NCBI GenBank assembly: GCA_050084985.1
Contig: JBITNC010000002.1
Location: 17,670,001 to 17,734,000, forward strand
Length of the DNA stretch: 64,000 nt
Source: Nageia nagi
Lineage: Eukaryota; Plantae; Pinophyta
Direction of reading: 5' to 3'
In this document: piece by piece, positions 25,168-38,259 of the stretch
Layout: each line of letters opens with the position of its first letter
How positions within the stretch are numbered: the first letter of the stretch is position 1
Notes under the pieces: model-generated
What the model saw: only the letters and a program-made list of their open reading frames with translations
Told to the model about the DNA's origin: nothing
Database searches by the model: none
Made by a program: the position numbers and the translations under genes

Positions 25168-26312
25168 TCCTACCTAACACTTTTTTGATAAGCCTTAAGA
25201 TTGCCTACATGTGTTCTAGCATTGTCAAAAAGCTTAAACAACCTAGACATGGCTTGAATCCTTATTCCAACCCTATATACCTTGTCCCTTATCTTGGGTG
25301 CAAGTTTTATTAGGAGACCCTCCTGATTTCTCCGAATATTTGGTTGAAGTCTGCACTATCTTCAGAATTAGCATATTGGAAGTCACGTAACAAAATTGTT
25401 TTCTCCAACGACGATGCCTCTACGTCTTTCTCAAATTCTGACTAATATGTCGTTTTCTATGACTCTTGGTTAAAAATTTCTACACATGTGAAGAAAGTTA
25501 ACATGGAGATTAAACACCTACGCAACCTCATGGAGCACTAGGGGAATGCATCTTGCACCATCAATAGAATCACCCCCATTCCTCATCGAGAGAACGTTCA
25601 AGCTCCAGGCCCCATTGTCAAAGGAGGTCCTCTCATTCTAACAAGTTGATCTCAACCTCCCCTATTTCCTAAGAAGAAGAATACAAGTTGGGCAACCTCT
25701 TCTCATCAAGCTAGTGGTTGAGACGTTCACCCAATTGTTACAAACCCAATTGAAGTACAAGGAGATGTTCATTCGGCTACTTCTATGCCAATGATTGATT
25801 GGGGAGACCATGGCGACATTCCCACCCCCAATGACATTAATGACCCTAGTGTTAATGCATTCAGTGACCTTGGCGGCAATGGTTTTGGCAGCATCATTGA
25901 TGAGGGTCCATTCCCTCCAATGTCAGTTAGCATCACATTGATCACTATGAAGATCTATCACCCACTTCCCCTAAGGGAAATGAATGAATAATTGTATGGT
26001 CATTTGGCCCAATTTTTTATGGTGGTTGTTGATCATGAGCCTTTAACGTCTTATTTTTGTTATCCTCACCCTACGTTAGTTGGTACCACTTTGGGGTATG
26101 CTCATCTACCCACCTTTTTCTTGATGTAAACACACTTATTCTTTAATAGATTTGCTTTTTCATTCAAAAAAAAAGCTGAAATTGTTGCTCAATTTAGTTT
26201 AAGTATTTGAGTCCAAACTAACAATGAGACTCAAGCACTAGCCTTATGAGAAGCATTATAATTTCACTCATAAATTGGGATTTTTCTAGGCAGAGGGTGA
26301 TTCAATGTTAAT

Positions 26313-27790
26313 TGTATAATAACCCAAACTAGGAAAAGCATGAATTATTCTCTTAAATTTCAGATTTGCCAAATAATGCCCTAGTTACCAATTTCATTCA
26401 CCAAGCCACTTCAAATTCATACAACTTCATGCATCAATATTTCAGATTTAAACAATTTATGCCCTAATTTCAGATCTGAAACAAATACTGAAAATGCATA
26501 AGCATAAACCACAAAGATCAGAATTAAGCATCAATCAACTTCATCCACCGTAAAAAAACAAGTATGAATATCAAATGAGTAAGTAGGGCACCCTAGAAAG
26601 TGGCTGAACCACCTAGGGGCTGAAACAAGTGTATGAAGATACTCAAAAATATGTCCTTGGCTCTCCAAGACTAGGTGAACCACTTGGAACGCTGAAGAAG
26701 GGTGAAAGATGCACCAATATGCCTCTTGAAGATGGGCGCTCCACTCCAAGACTCCTTGAATGAAGCCCTAATTGGATCCTCCAATGAATGACTTTTTTCG
26801 TCCATAAGCCCTCCAAAACCACAAGGGCTTTCATCCCCAAGGTCTCCCTTGTGAATTTTCATCCACAAGAGGGGAGAAAACAGTTGATCCAATTGCTCCT
26901 CGAAGAAGAAAAAAAGATGCTTGAATGATGATTTTCCAACTAAGGTGCTCCAAGTATAAATATGCAAATGAACATGCCTCGTAGACATGGCTGACTTTCC
27001 TTGGGAGAAAAACATAATTTCCATGGCCAATTTCTCCAGATGCTTTTGAAATCATAAAAATACAACATTTTATGGGGCGCTCCACTATGGGATTGCCAAT
27101 ATCATGTTATTACATCCAAATGACATTTGATAATGCCCCAAAATATCAAGAATACTTGTATTTTATTATTAATCACTTCTAACCATGAAAAATCACTTCT
27201 ATCTATCCTGGAAGAGGGGCGTCCCACTCCATGAATCCCAATGAATACATCGTGAAGCCAAAACGAGTGAGATACCAAAAATGGGGACATTACAAGTCTG
27301 TCCCTCCCAAAATTGCTTTGTCCTCAATGATGATCCAAGGTCCCAAATAAATCTTGAAGAAGGTCTATAATGCCGACACTACATCACTCGCAAAACCATC
27401 ATGCCAAAGCTGAACTCTTCCCCTCATGAGATTGTATCCAAATGGCTCTCAAGTGGCACCATGTTTATCATAGAATTTTAAAGGACAATAAAGACATGTT
27501 GACAACCAAGAAAAACCAAATGATGTGGGTGATTATCTCTATTGCCAAAGAGAATGATTGCAAACCATTAGAGCTATGGCAGATGTTAGAGGTGTTGTTT
27601 GGTAAAGCTTCAACATTAGAACTGATTTAAGCTAAAGATAGGTCCACTTGTTTCACCAAAAAGATTCATAGTAAATTCTCCATTTCAAAGGTCTGAAAGG
27701 TCGCATTCTCTGCCTAGCTCTTACCCATCCATGGCTGACTGGTCCCCATGATCTGATTGTCTTTTGAGGTCCATAAGCTCATTCATAACC
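26313..27790 (-). mobile_element. Ty3/gypsy 3' LTR (26313-27294) with PPT and short internal remnant
   Basis: Minus strand reads AAAGCAATTTTGGGAGGGACAGACT-TGTAATGTCCCC, the same PPT/LTR junction type as at 40572 and 11114. Confidence 0.7.
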
Positions 27791-28303
27791 TTGCAAAATG
27801 GGTAGAAAGAGAGTAAAATTCTTTATCTCATTGAATATTGATTAATCGTCTCTGACCCCAAGGAATATTGTTTTAAATCAATTTTGAAAAACACCATTCC
27901 ATTCATAGTTATTTTGAGAAAGCATAAAGGATATATGTATTGTAGCTAACTTTTACAGAATCGATGGACAATTTTCTTCTATAATCAGGAACAAACAAAT
28001 AACATGTAGATTCTCAATTAACTATTCGAGCTTTTTGGGTCCTGCAACAATCTCGCATTATTCTGAATGATGAATAAGCTTGACAGCTCAAAAAGCCCTT
28101 TGATGTTGAATGTATATGTTGGTATATACCATATAATATAACTCAATACGAACAATCTTCCATGCAGAGAAAAGTAATCATAAAAGAATAACAATAACAT
28201 GGAGCATAAGAAAGCCCAAGTTATGGCAAAAAAACTTAATGGCATGCAATAAGAAATATTAAAGATTAGCAAACTTCAATCCCAAGGTAATTTAGTATCT
28301 TAC

Positions 28304-28341
28304 CATCTCCTGTCTCTCGTCTATAAAGCCAGAGGATTGAA
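28304..28341 (-). CDS. ADNT1: ADNT1-like exon 4, 38 nt (SILWLYRRETGD)
   Basis: TTCAG acceptor, GTAAG donor, phases join exons 3 and 5, similar to GILYMYRQRTGN. Confidence 0.9.
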
Positions 28342-28866
28342 CTGAATGCCATAAAAAAACAAAACAAATTAATATATATGCCCCAATTGTTCCAGGACTA
28401 AATATACAATCCCTACACATGTCTAATGTTCATTTTGTTAAAAGATTCAGCAACCAAAATATAGCATAACTGAAAAGCATAATCTAAATTTTACAGGACC
28501 AGATTTCAGCTTAAAAACATAACAAAACAAGAGTTTCATGGTGTTTTATGATTTTCAGGTTGAAATCTGATCCTTAAACAAGAAAAAGTATTGAACTTTC
28601 CTTCTTATCTTTGTGGTATTTTCACAAACGACCATTTTTTTGCAAAATGAAAATGCAAAACATCATACAAGTGAACGGATATTATCCCATTCAACATACT
28701 GTAGAGAAAGAAATCAGTTTTTATTACAGAAAATAACAATAAACTTGTGTCGAGTAAATAAAAAACAATTTGATAAAATTTTCTTTTTATTCAAGACAAT
28801 TTTTTGCCATAATATTTTAAAATGGCATATCAAATATTTAGCTAAATGAAATCAAATAGGAGTTAC

Positions 28867-29030
28867 CGGGATGCTTGTTCATAGCTGTAAAATTTCACAG
28901 CAGAATTGGGTATTATCCTAGCACAATTTGTGCCATTCCCTTTGAAAAAGCCACGTATCCCTTCTGTATTCCATATATAACGTAGTCCTTGGAGCATCCC
29001 ATTATATGTGGGATTGTGAGAGCTTTGAAC
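28867..29030 (-). CDS. ADNT1: ADNT1-like exon 3 (VQSSHNPTYNGMLQGLRYIWNTEGIRGFFKGNGTNCARIIPNSAVKFYSYEQAS)
   Basis: TTACAG / GTAAC boundaries and the ADNT1-type motif KGNGTNCARI.PNSAVKF. Confidence 0.96.
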
Positions 29031-29072
29031 CTGTAAAAAGTAAAGTCGATATAGAATTGAAGTTAGAATGGT

Positions 29073-29175
29073 CAAAGATTATGTATTCAGGAACAAGTAG
29101 TCAAAGGGCAAAGATTATGTATAAAAGAACAAGTAGTCAAAAGTCAAAGATTGTGTATTAAAAAACAACTAGTCC
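29073..29175. repeat. ~36-bp tandem repeat x3 just upstream of the exon 3 acceptor
   Basis: CAAAGATTATGTAT...AACAAGTAGTCAAA repeated. Confidence 0.8.
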
Positions 29176-29304
29176 AAAAAAAATTTAAAGAGTATTTTCG
29201 GACCATCATCTATATCCAAGCATAAAGTAATGAATAACATCTTTGATATTTAATATGTCTTTGAAGAAGTTGGCCAAATTATAATTGTAAATTTCATTGA
29301 TAGA

Positions 29305-29926
29305 ATGATTATTCAACCTATCTGTAAATTACAGACTGGTAAAGTAACAAATATTGAAAATTTAAAGGCAGAATTCCTAAAGCATAGCCCTACAGTTTTG
29401 GCTATCCATATTGCCAAACTCTTCAACCAAATAGTTATTAATGGGTTCCCATCCTCTTGGTCTTCAAATATCATTCACCTTATCCATAAATTCAAAGATC
29501 TATTGAACCCAGATAATTATAGAACTATTATGGTTGGTAATACTCTTGCAAAACTTTTTGCAACAACCTTTAATATCTTCATCTTCAATTTTACTAAGGC
29601 TAAGAAACTCCGTGCGAAAGGACAAGTTGGTTTAAGAAAAAATCACCTCACTTGTGATCATATTCTAACTCTTAGAGCTACTATTCAAGAAGCCAAAGCC
29701 AACAAACGCATAGTCTATTGTTGTTTTGTAGACTTCAAAAAGGCATTTGAAATTGTACCCAAACAATTATTGTTTCAAATGTTGAAGGATCTAGAAATTC
29801 TAGAGGAGGTTACTTCATTGGTTATGACCCTTTATGAGAAAGTTGTTGGACAAGTTCAGATTGGATCAGTCAGAACAAGAGAAGTTCATAGTACCATAGG
29901 GGTTAAACAGGGTTGTCCACTTTCAC
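29305..29926 (+). mobile_element. Non-LTR retrotransposon RT fragment
   Basis: NPDNYRTIMV, KGQVGLRK, FVDFKKAF, GVKQGCPLSP. Confidence 0.88.
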
Positions 29927-30682
29927 CAAAATCAGCAAAAAATTGGGATTGGCAAGACAAACGATTTTTTCTGAACCGATTCCGATTTTTTTATTTTTGC
30001 CGACATGGCAATTTTTTTTCGATTTTTGGCAATTCCCAATTCAATTTTTTGTGCTGATTTTTTCCCGATTTTTGCAAAAAAATAGGGAAAAATTTGTAGG
30101 ATTTCTAGGACACAAGCTAGGGAAGAAAAAAAGGTCAATTTTAGATTTTTTTTTTGCAAACTTTAGCTAGGAGAAGCTAAGAAAAGTTAGGAGAAACGTC
30201 ATTTGCACGATTTGAGCTAGATTCCAACACAACCACAAGTAGGGGATCCATCATATTCCCAAGAAGTAGAAGAACCAAAAAAAACCACTAACAGCGCTAA
30301 AGCAACAAAAGAGAGATTGAGAAGAGGAAAACAAAGACAATATGGACATTAGAATCTAGATAAATGTTTTGGTTCAGATTTTGTTTTGTGAACTTCGAAA
30401 TTTTTGATGTGTTTTGGTCCTTGGACATTCGATATGTAATACAAAATTGAAAACTCTACAATTTCCAATGCTAAAATATGTTTTCACTTGTGTAATGTGT
30501 TATTTGAAATGGAATGTTATCTTATTTTATATGCAATGTTCAAAGAGAGCTAAAAATGATTTGTTTCAATGTAAAATTATAAAAATTATTGGTTTTTCTT
30601 ATTACCAATTTTTGGCTGATTCTTGAAAAATCAAAATCTTCAACCAAACGATTCTGATCCGATTCTGAGTTTGACAACTTTG
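29927..30682. mobile_element. Probable hAT-like MITE interrupting the RT fragment
   Basis: RT homology stops abruptly at 29926. CCGATT subterminal motifs near both ends, weak TIRs CAAAATCAGCAAA / TTTGACAACTTTG, no clear TSD. Confidence 0.5.
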
Positions 30683-31792
30683 GGCACTCTTATTTCTCGG
30701 TAAATGTCTTACCCTATAGTTCCATTGACTAATGGACATTAATATATATTTCTATTTCTATCATTGGTTGGCATGCACAATATTTAGGCAGTTGTGCTTT
30801 CCCACAGGCTAGTAATGTGCCCACAAATTTGCTCTTCTCAAAACTTAACAATCAAGATCTCTAATTTCACACTTACATGTCATGTACATGTGCTTGCATG
30901 TCATTTCATGTGCTTGCATGTCACATGCATGTAGTTTTCTAACAAGGTATTTGTCTTGAATGTAAATTTTATGCTTGCATGTCACATGCATGTAGTTTTG
31001 TGTGCTTGCATGTCACATGTTTTATAAATAAATATTTGTCCTACATGCACAATTTTATGCTTGTAAGTTACACGTAATTATCTAACTGACATGCAATAGC
31101 TTATTTTCCCACAAATTGGCCAAATCAAGGACCTAACACCACTGTAATATCCCAGACAAAATGGAACAAACAAAATCCAAAATGTTAATTCTTTTTTGTT
31201 ATTTAATATTTTATGATAAGATCTATAACATAACATGATAAGATCTATAACATAACATGCATGGATAAAACCCAAAAGGTAGAATGACTCAAGCTCTTAC
31301 AACAAATCAAAATTGTTGAGCATTTCTTGGCCAAGTAGAAACATCAAATTTGGTTGTCTTCAAAATAGAAAGAAGAGCTAAAGAAAGGGGATGCCTTCAA
31401 TGGTTGTCTTCAAATGTTGAGAAGAAACATCCTCAAGCTCCAAATTGTTGCTATTAGGCAGACTTGAAAAAATAAGTACAATGTATTGAACCTCTCAATA
31501 GGTCCCAATTATTCACTTAAGCATGTGGGATAATACTAATTCTTTTTTTTTAATTGTTTCATTCTTGGGAATCGGGGTCATGGCACTCAAATTACTAATT
31601 AAGGTTTTCTTAAAAACATATAACAATTGTAAGGTCAGTTCCAACACAACAATACTTACTTGCAAGGGTTTTAACATGGATTTCTTTTCACATTAATGTT
31701 TCCTAATATTGATTTGTTCTACTCTTCCTATTAGAGAAAAGTTATCATTGTTTATACTATAATAAGAAAAAACATGGAACACACTGTCATTC

Positions 31793-34700
31793 TGTTGGGA
31801 AGGAAATCTTTCCTCTTACTCGACGATCACCCTTGACAATGATCAAGATAGGAAAGCAACCCAGCATTACATGAGAATGTGTTACTGAACTCCTCTTGTA
31901 AGGATCAATGGGCACACTGAAATGATTCATAAATGATTGTTCGAGCTATGTCCATGAAGTTATCGATCCTTCAAGTAAACTAGCATACCACATAGTAGCC
32001 ACGTTGTCTAGAGTATTTGGGAACATGCGGCAAGCCACATCGTCATGAAACACATCTAGTCGTCCTATGCCATCTTTGTACATGTGAATATGCTCTTTCG
32101 TCGTTACTAGTCCATCATGAATAAACTTCGGTAGGTATCTATCCAGATTCTTTGGGCATTGATGCACTTGTCCTGCTATGTTAATCAGTCTTCCACCAAC
32201 CATGTTGAAGTTGTTAGAATGTTTTGATCCTAATTTGCAAATTGAACAACTTGTGGCTGAACTGGTGGCACAATAGGTTGGGCTATTGGTTGCACAATCG
32301 GTTGTGAGATATTAGGAATAAAAACCCGTGGTGTAACAATGGCTCTTGGGGAATTACACTGCGTTGGTGAAGTAATAGACCCTTCTGAATTGAATTCAAA
32401 AACTACGCTTCTTGGAGTTTGATCTATCTCTTTATTCAACTCCCTTTCACTCGCCTCTTCTGCTGCTTTAGCCGCTCTAGCTGCCCTTGTACTATAAACA
32501 AATCTATTATCTTTTCTAGGTCCCAACTTAAAATGTTAAAGGAGGAAAATAACAACAAAAACAAAAAAGAAAATTCAAGAGACAACAATTAAGTAAAACA
32601 CAAAAACAAATCAATCCAATATAAAAAACAAAAGGCAACTAGGTCAAGGCTCAATAAACAATAATCAACCCTCCTTCTAGCACCAATATATGTTGATGCG
32701 TAGAGAAGAGGAGGCAGATAAATGTCAAATAAACAATTTAGGCCCTCCTTCTAGCACCAATTTATGTTGGGAAAAAAAAATTTCCTCTTACTCGACGATC
32801 ACCCTTAACAATGATCAATACGGGAAAGCAACCCAGCATTAGGTGTGAACACGTTACTGAACTCCTCTTGTAAGGACTAATACCCCAAGGTTTCTATAGG
32901 AAGCTTGTATCGTTAATACGAACTTGAATTGTGTAGGTCTTGTTGGGAATCAGCTGGAGTGGTGTAGTAAAGCTAGTAATTGTTAACACACATTTTTTAT
33001 AGAGACTAAGGTGTTTATTGTGTAATAGTTCAAAAGTTGCTATAATTTTAAAAAATGTAAAATAAAGAAAAGAGAAAGTGATGAGAATGTTTCAATACTT
33101 GTAAGATGACAAAGAAAAGGTCCCAATGAAGCAGTGTATAAGATTTCTTACTTCTGAATCCTTCAAGAAATCTCATGCAAAGTCTTCCAACCTAAAAATA
33201 GAATAACCTAAGTCCAATCTATTCTCAAGAGGAGCGGGGAGCAAAGATGACCATCGGTACTCTGCAAGCAAGATCAATGCAATCAAAAGGGAAACACAAC
33301 AACAAGTGTGCACAAATTTTGTTTTGAATGGGAATATCTAATTTGATGTCATAGAATGAAGAAATCCTCAGAATACGTCCACTTACTATGCAAATTATGG
33401 ATAGGCAATGATTTGGGATTGATTCAAAAACTTTATAAAAAATTTCAAAAAAAATTTCATAAAATTTGAAAAGTTTCAAAGAAAAGCATGAAAGATTCTA
33501 AATCATCCAAAAAAGCTCCAAAATGGTCAAATCCACAATCTCACAAATGACAAATCTCTTGGTTTCAAGTATTCCACCACATTGTATTAAATTTGTGCGA
33601 AAATTACAAGGATACATCACTTTGTCAATTTTCCACAAATTTGTATGAAAAACATTCTCTTCAAAAAGTGACCCTCTATGGTCTATTTATAGACTTTTGA
33701 GGTCAAATTTGAGTGTTGCCCTAATTCTTAAAAAAATCTTAAAATGCTAATTTGAATGCTAAATTGATATTACAATGTCGTTTAAGTGGATTAACAATAC
33801 TCATCCCACTAAAATATGCTAGAAATAATTTACAAAAATTGATGCCCTTTGGCACAAATTTTGAGGCATTATGCATCAATTTGGCAAAAATTCGGAGCTT
33901 CAAATCATCATTTCTGGATCCTTTTGTTAGTCTTTTAAGTTCCTTCTTTCTTTCAATCTAGATTTGCCCTTGATGTGATCATTCTAGCCAATTTTCAAAG
34001 AATTCTAGGAGAATTTTTAAAAGAAATGGATTTTTTGGTCTATTTTTTAGAAAAGATGGTGGGGTTCGAAAATTTGGAAAAATTTTAAAAAGTGGATTTG
34101 AGCTCATGGATGGATGAAGGATGGGATTACAAGGTATTTGGCAAATTTTAAGAGGATTTGGAGCTTTTTAAAAGGTTTTGAGAAAGATCTAGGATTTTTG
34201 CCAAAAAATTTTATTTTCATGTCTATGGAATTTTTTGGGAGAAAAAAGTGAGAATTTCCATAGGAATGAAAAATGCCTCCTAGATTTTTGAGCACTTAAA
34301 CTTGCTCAAATCTGAAAATTCCAAAGTTTAAATGTGTTCAAAATTTACCTTTCCATGCAATGAAACCATAAAATTCTATTTTTGAGCAAAATTCCTCTTT
34401 TCTCTCTAATCAAGGCACTAGATTTCACTCCAATGGCATGAAAACCTGCGCCAAGCTTTTTGGGGCATATCTAGTGGTCAAAATTGAAAATTTGAGAGTT
34501 TTCCCATGCAATGAAGGCAAAATTTTCGATTTTTGCGAAAAAATTTAACAACCTTCTCATGCTAGGCATCGTTTTTCACTTCTATGGATTTCCAATGAGC
34601 TGAAAAACTGTGTCAAGCATTTTGAGGGTTTTCCATGGCTCAAAATTGAAAAAATCAAGGTTTAAATATGATGGAAATGCCTTCTTCCATGCAATGAAGG

Positions 34701-36183
34701 GATCCAAATTGATTTTCAAGCAAATTTGCACTTATCTCTCCAATTTAGGAGCTGATTTTCACTTCAATGGCATGAAAACCTGCACCAAGCTTCTAGGGGC
34801 CTTACACTTGCTCAAAATCACTTTTTTGTAGACCTAAATGTGTTTTAAATGGCATTTTCCATGCAATAAAGTCCTCAAACTTGATTTTTGAACAAAGCTT
34901 ATCAATTTTCCTCAACTTAGGTGCTGATTTTCACTCCATTGGAATTCCATAGCCTTAAAAATCAGCACCTACCTCTTAGAAGGCTTAAAATTGCTCAAAT
35001 TCAAAAAATTGTAGACCTAAACCTTCCTAGAATGGTATTTTCCTTGTCCCCAAGCCTTCAAACTTGATTTTCAAGCCAAAAATTTATCATCTTGTCAAGC
35101 TAGGCACTGATTTTCACTTCATTGGATTTCCATAGATTTGAAAAACAGCGCCAAGCTTTTTGGGCCCCAAAACTTGCTTAAAATCGAAAAAAATGGAGAC
35201 CTAAATGTGCTTGAAATCATCATTTCCATCAATTTATGCCCTTAGATTTGTCTTTTAATGCATTTCCAATATTCCCCACAATGTAGGTGCCAAAAAACAC
35301 TTCTATGGATTTCCTGTAGGCTTGAAAAACTACACCAAGGATTTGGGTGCCTTAGACTTGGTCAAAATCGAAAATTTCAATTCTTAATTGTGTTATAATT
35401 CACCTTATCTCTTCAATGACGTCCTTAGACTTGATTTTCGACACCATTTGCATTTATCTTTGTAAAAATTTTCATAATTTTCCATGCTTGGGAGCATAAG
35501 TGTCAAAACTCGAGCTCTAATATCACTAAAACCCTCAAAATGTGCCCTAGGGCACAACTTTTGCATTACAAGCCCATATCTACCATTTTTGAGCTCAAAC
35601 TCAATCAAATCTACATTTTCTGTCATTTCTGAGCTCAAATTTGGTATTTTTGTACATTTTCGATCAAAATTGAACTCAAAGTCTACATTTCCGAGCTCAG
35701 CTTGGCATTTTCGATCATTTCCAAGCTCAAATTCTGAAAAAACATACATTTTTACCATATTGACCATTTCCGAGCTCAAAATTGACAAAAATGCACTTTT
35801 TCATTATACTTGCCATTTCCAAGCTTTCCAAGCTCAAACTTCACCAAAATGCGTATTTTCCACCATACTACCCATTTTTGAGCTCAAACTCTAAAAAAAA
35901 ATCGCATCTTCATTGGCTTCACTCTAGACCCAAAAAATTGTGCTCTGATACTCTCTCCTAGACCCTAGCTCCTTGGCTATAAAAACTGGTGACTGGATAC
36001 TTTGATACTCTTCAGGGTCTTCGTCGTATAATCTCCTTGAATTGTTCCCTGATATCATGTGTGCACTCTTCAAAATGAACTATCCGTCACCAAAAGTCAA
36101 TCTCAAGACAATGCACCTCATTGCCTTTGCAAAAATAAGATCCCAAAATCTTGTATTTTGAGATGTGTTGTGCGGACACAACA
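31793..36183 (-). mobile_element. Tat/Athila-like Ty3/gypsy element, internally deleted: 3.4-kb 5' LTR (32765-36183), PBS-Asn x2, gag 5' part, last ~112 bp of 3' LTR
   Basis: Perfect 5-bp TSD CATTC at 31788-31792 and 36184-36188. TG...CA ends. 31793-31904 duplicates 32765-32877. Gag LPKF...DDVACRMFPNTLDNVATMWY. Confidence 0.9.
34280..35400. repeat. Degenerate ~150-185-bp tandem repeats (about 6) inside the LTR, followed by GAGCTCAAA-containing short repeats to ~35890
   Basis: TTCCATGCAAT-type anchors near 34351, 34503, 34685, 34857, 35040 and 35223, each followed by GATTTTCACT and CCAAGCTT motifs. Confidence 0.75.
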
Positions 36184-36510
36184 CATTCCTTAAAATTTCC
36201 TCAATCAAACTTATAACTTTTATAAGCAATGTATAAACTAGCAATTCAAATGCAATAGTGAAGCATTATAGCTATAGAATTGAGGGATAATTTAGAAGGA
36301 TTGAATTTTTCAATAATATAAATAGAAAAGACATTGTATTTTGAAATTAGAACAGTGGTTTCCCAAAGTTATGCTGACAGGCAAACTTATACACAACAAT
36401 CACAAAGTCAAAATATGGAAAGAAAAGAAAACTAATAAAATAACAAACGTTTATCTAGCAAATAAACATAATGCAAACAACAATGTCATAATTTCAAATA
36501 AGTGACATAC

Positions 36511-36559
36511 CTGGAGTAGAATTTTCAGCCGCTCCAAAGGAGCCACTGCAGAACGAGAC
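36511..36559 (-). CDS. ADNT1: ADNT1-like exon 2 (SRSAVAPLERLKILLQ)
   Basis: CTCAG / GTATGT boundaries and carrier motif PLERLK. Confidence 0.95.
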
Positions 36560-37613
36560 CTGAGATCAAAAACCCTAACAGATTTATAAGGTCTAAACTT
36601 TTAATAAGAGTAATTAAATAATTTAAATCTTTCAACAAAATTAAGATGTTTATCAGCTTCATACTGCATTTAAAAAAGCTTTTCAGTATAAAGGAATCTA
36701 AATCTCATCTAAAATCAAGCCTAAATTTAGTTCCTCTAAAAACGTATTTACTAAAAGAAAATCATTCTGTGAAAAATATGAAAAACATTATCACACTTGC
36801 ATCACACTTAATTTCAGCAAAGAAGAGTATGATTCATGAGTGAAATAAAGCATGATAATTGCATGAAAATGCATTAAAACAAAACTTCCAAGAACAAATG
36901 CAACAATTCTTAAATTAAAACTTCCACCAAATTCAACTAAGTCATTAAAAAAAAAATGTTACAAATTGAAAGAATTGGGAATTCTTCAACATGGACGAAC
37001 AAAATTTAACTTTTTGATAATATTGGAAAACAATAGGATTATTGTTCGACCGAATGAAGGTAAGAGAACAAAACTAAAATGCAGATCATTCGTTCTTCCA
37101 TGAAAATGCAGTAACTTTTCATATTTTACATCAAAATGATCATTACTATATGAAAACAAAGAGAAATTCAAATTATTAGATGAAATTAAGAAGAATTTTC
37201 ACACTTAGATGAAAATCAAGATAACAATTCAATCATGTGAAGGGAGTTGGAGAAACAGGTGAGTGTTAAAACTCTAAGTTGAAAAAAGATTCCTCAGGCT
37301 CCAAACTCTCATGTGGATATACTAAATTCAATCGATAATTTCCATCTGATGTAGACGTGGTGAAATGCGATTCCCAGATAACTTTAGAAAAACCAAAATA
37401 ACATATTTGCTTATAAAGATTTGTCCAAAAAATTAAGAACTGTTGATAAGAGAGAAGACCCAAGTTTGAATCTTAATCCCCTCTCAGAAAAACATATTAT
37501 TTGTTAGGATAGTTGAAAAAAATGTTGGGAACACTCAAAGAAGCTAAGTTCGTCTCCCAGGTGTTCAAGTCCTATTCCTGTTTAAAAAAAAAAAAGAGTA
37601 ATAGAGGACATAC

Positions 37614-37828
37614 ACTCCTCCTGCAACACCTCCAGCAATGAGAGACTTGCAGATGCTAATAACCGCTTTCCCGGGGGCCTCAACTTCGGAAGCGGTGAGT
37701 TTGGCGCCGTCCTTAATATTCACAAACGTAGACACGGCCCCCTCCTTCCCATCCTTATAAAGCGACCTCAACGCATCGTCTGATCCCCCTACCTTCTTCT
37801 GCAGAGCCGCCTCTGTCTGCGCCACCAT
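37614..37828 (-). CDS. ADNT1: ADNT1-like exon 1 (MVAQTE...AVSTFVNI...SICKSLIAGGVAGGV)
   Basis: ATG at 37828, GTATGT donor at 37613, SICKSL.AGGVAGGV matches plant ADNT1. Confidence 0.93.
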
Positions 37829-38259
37829 TGAAACACCACCCAATTATGCCTCCCACCCGATTCCGATCACCAAAGGACCCTGGCAACCCCCCCTCCAAAC
37901 CCTCGGAGATCAAAACCCTGACCTCTACCGGCAAATTCAAAAGCGAAGCCTCACACAAATCAAGTCCATGATCGATGGCGCCTTGTTTAACTAAAAAAGC
38001 AAACCACTCAGCGCATTAAAAACCGTCCAACAGATAACACCGTCTTCAAATCCTATTCAGCGGACTTCGAATTTCTTACTCTCTTTCTTCGCCCTCCATA
38101 TTCTCCACTTTGGAGTCTGAGATTTACGTTCAGCCCTACTGATTTCGAAATGCAGTGATTTTACTGCAGAAATTCAAACAGGTCTTATGGTTTTTAGGAT
38201 TGTTTTTCTACCCTTGTGGTTGAGCTTTCGAGGCTGAGTCGTCCATTCTACCTGCGCCG

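Larger units (their letters stand above)
18352..26170 (+). mobile_element. Degenerate L1-type LINE bounded by a 17-bp TSD, with nested insertions
   Basis: TSD AAAAGATGAAATTGTTG (18335-18351) / AAAAGCTGAAATTGTTG (26171-26187) and A tail. Endonuclease-like FTWSNF..MLDR. RT motifs KAPSLDGF, NWRPITLL|NVSYKIIAKALA, FIKSDFEK, CPLAL, FVDD, AWEFCCLPKHFGGMG. Confidence 0.88.

Noticed and set aside
35405-35894. Overlapping 127-aa and 136-aa ORFs as genes
   Set aside because: They lie in the GAGCTCAAA repeat tract of an LTR and show no recognisable domain.
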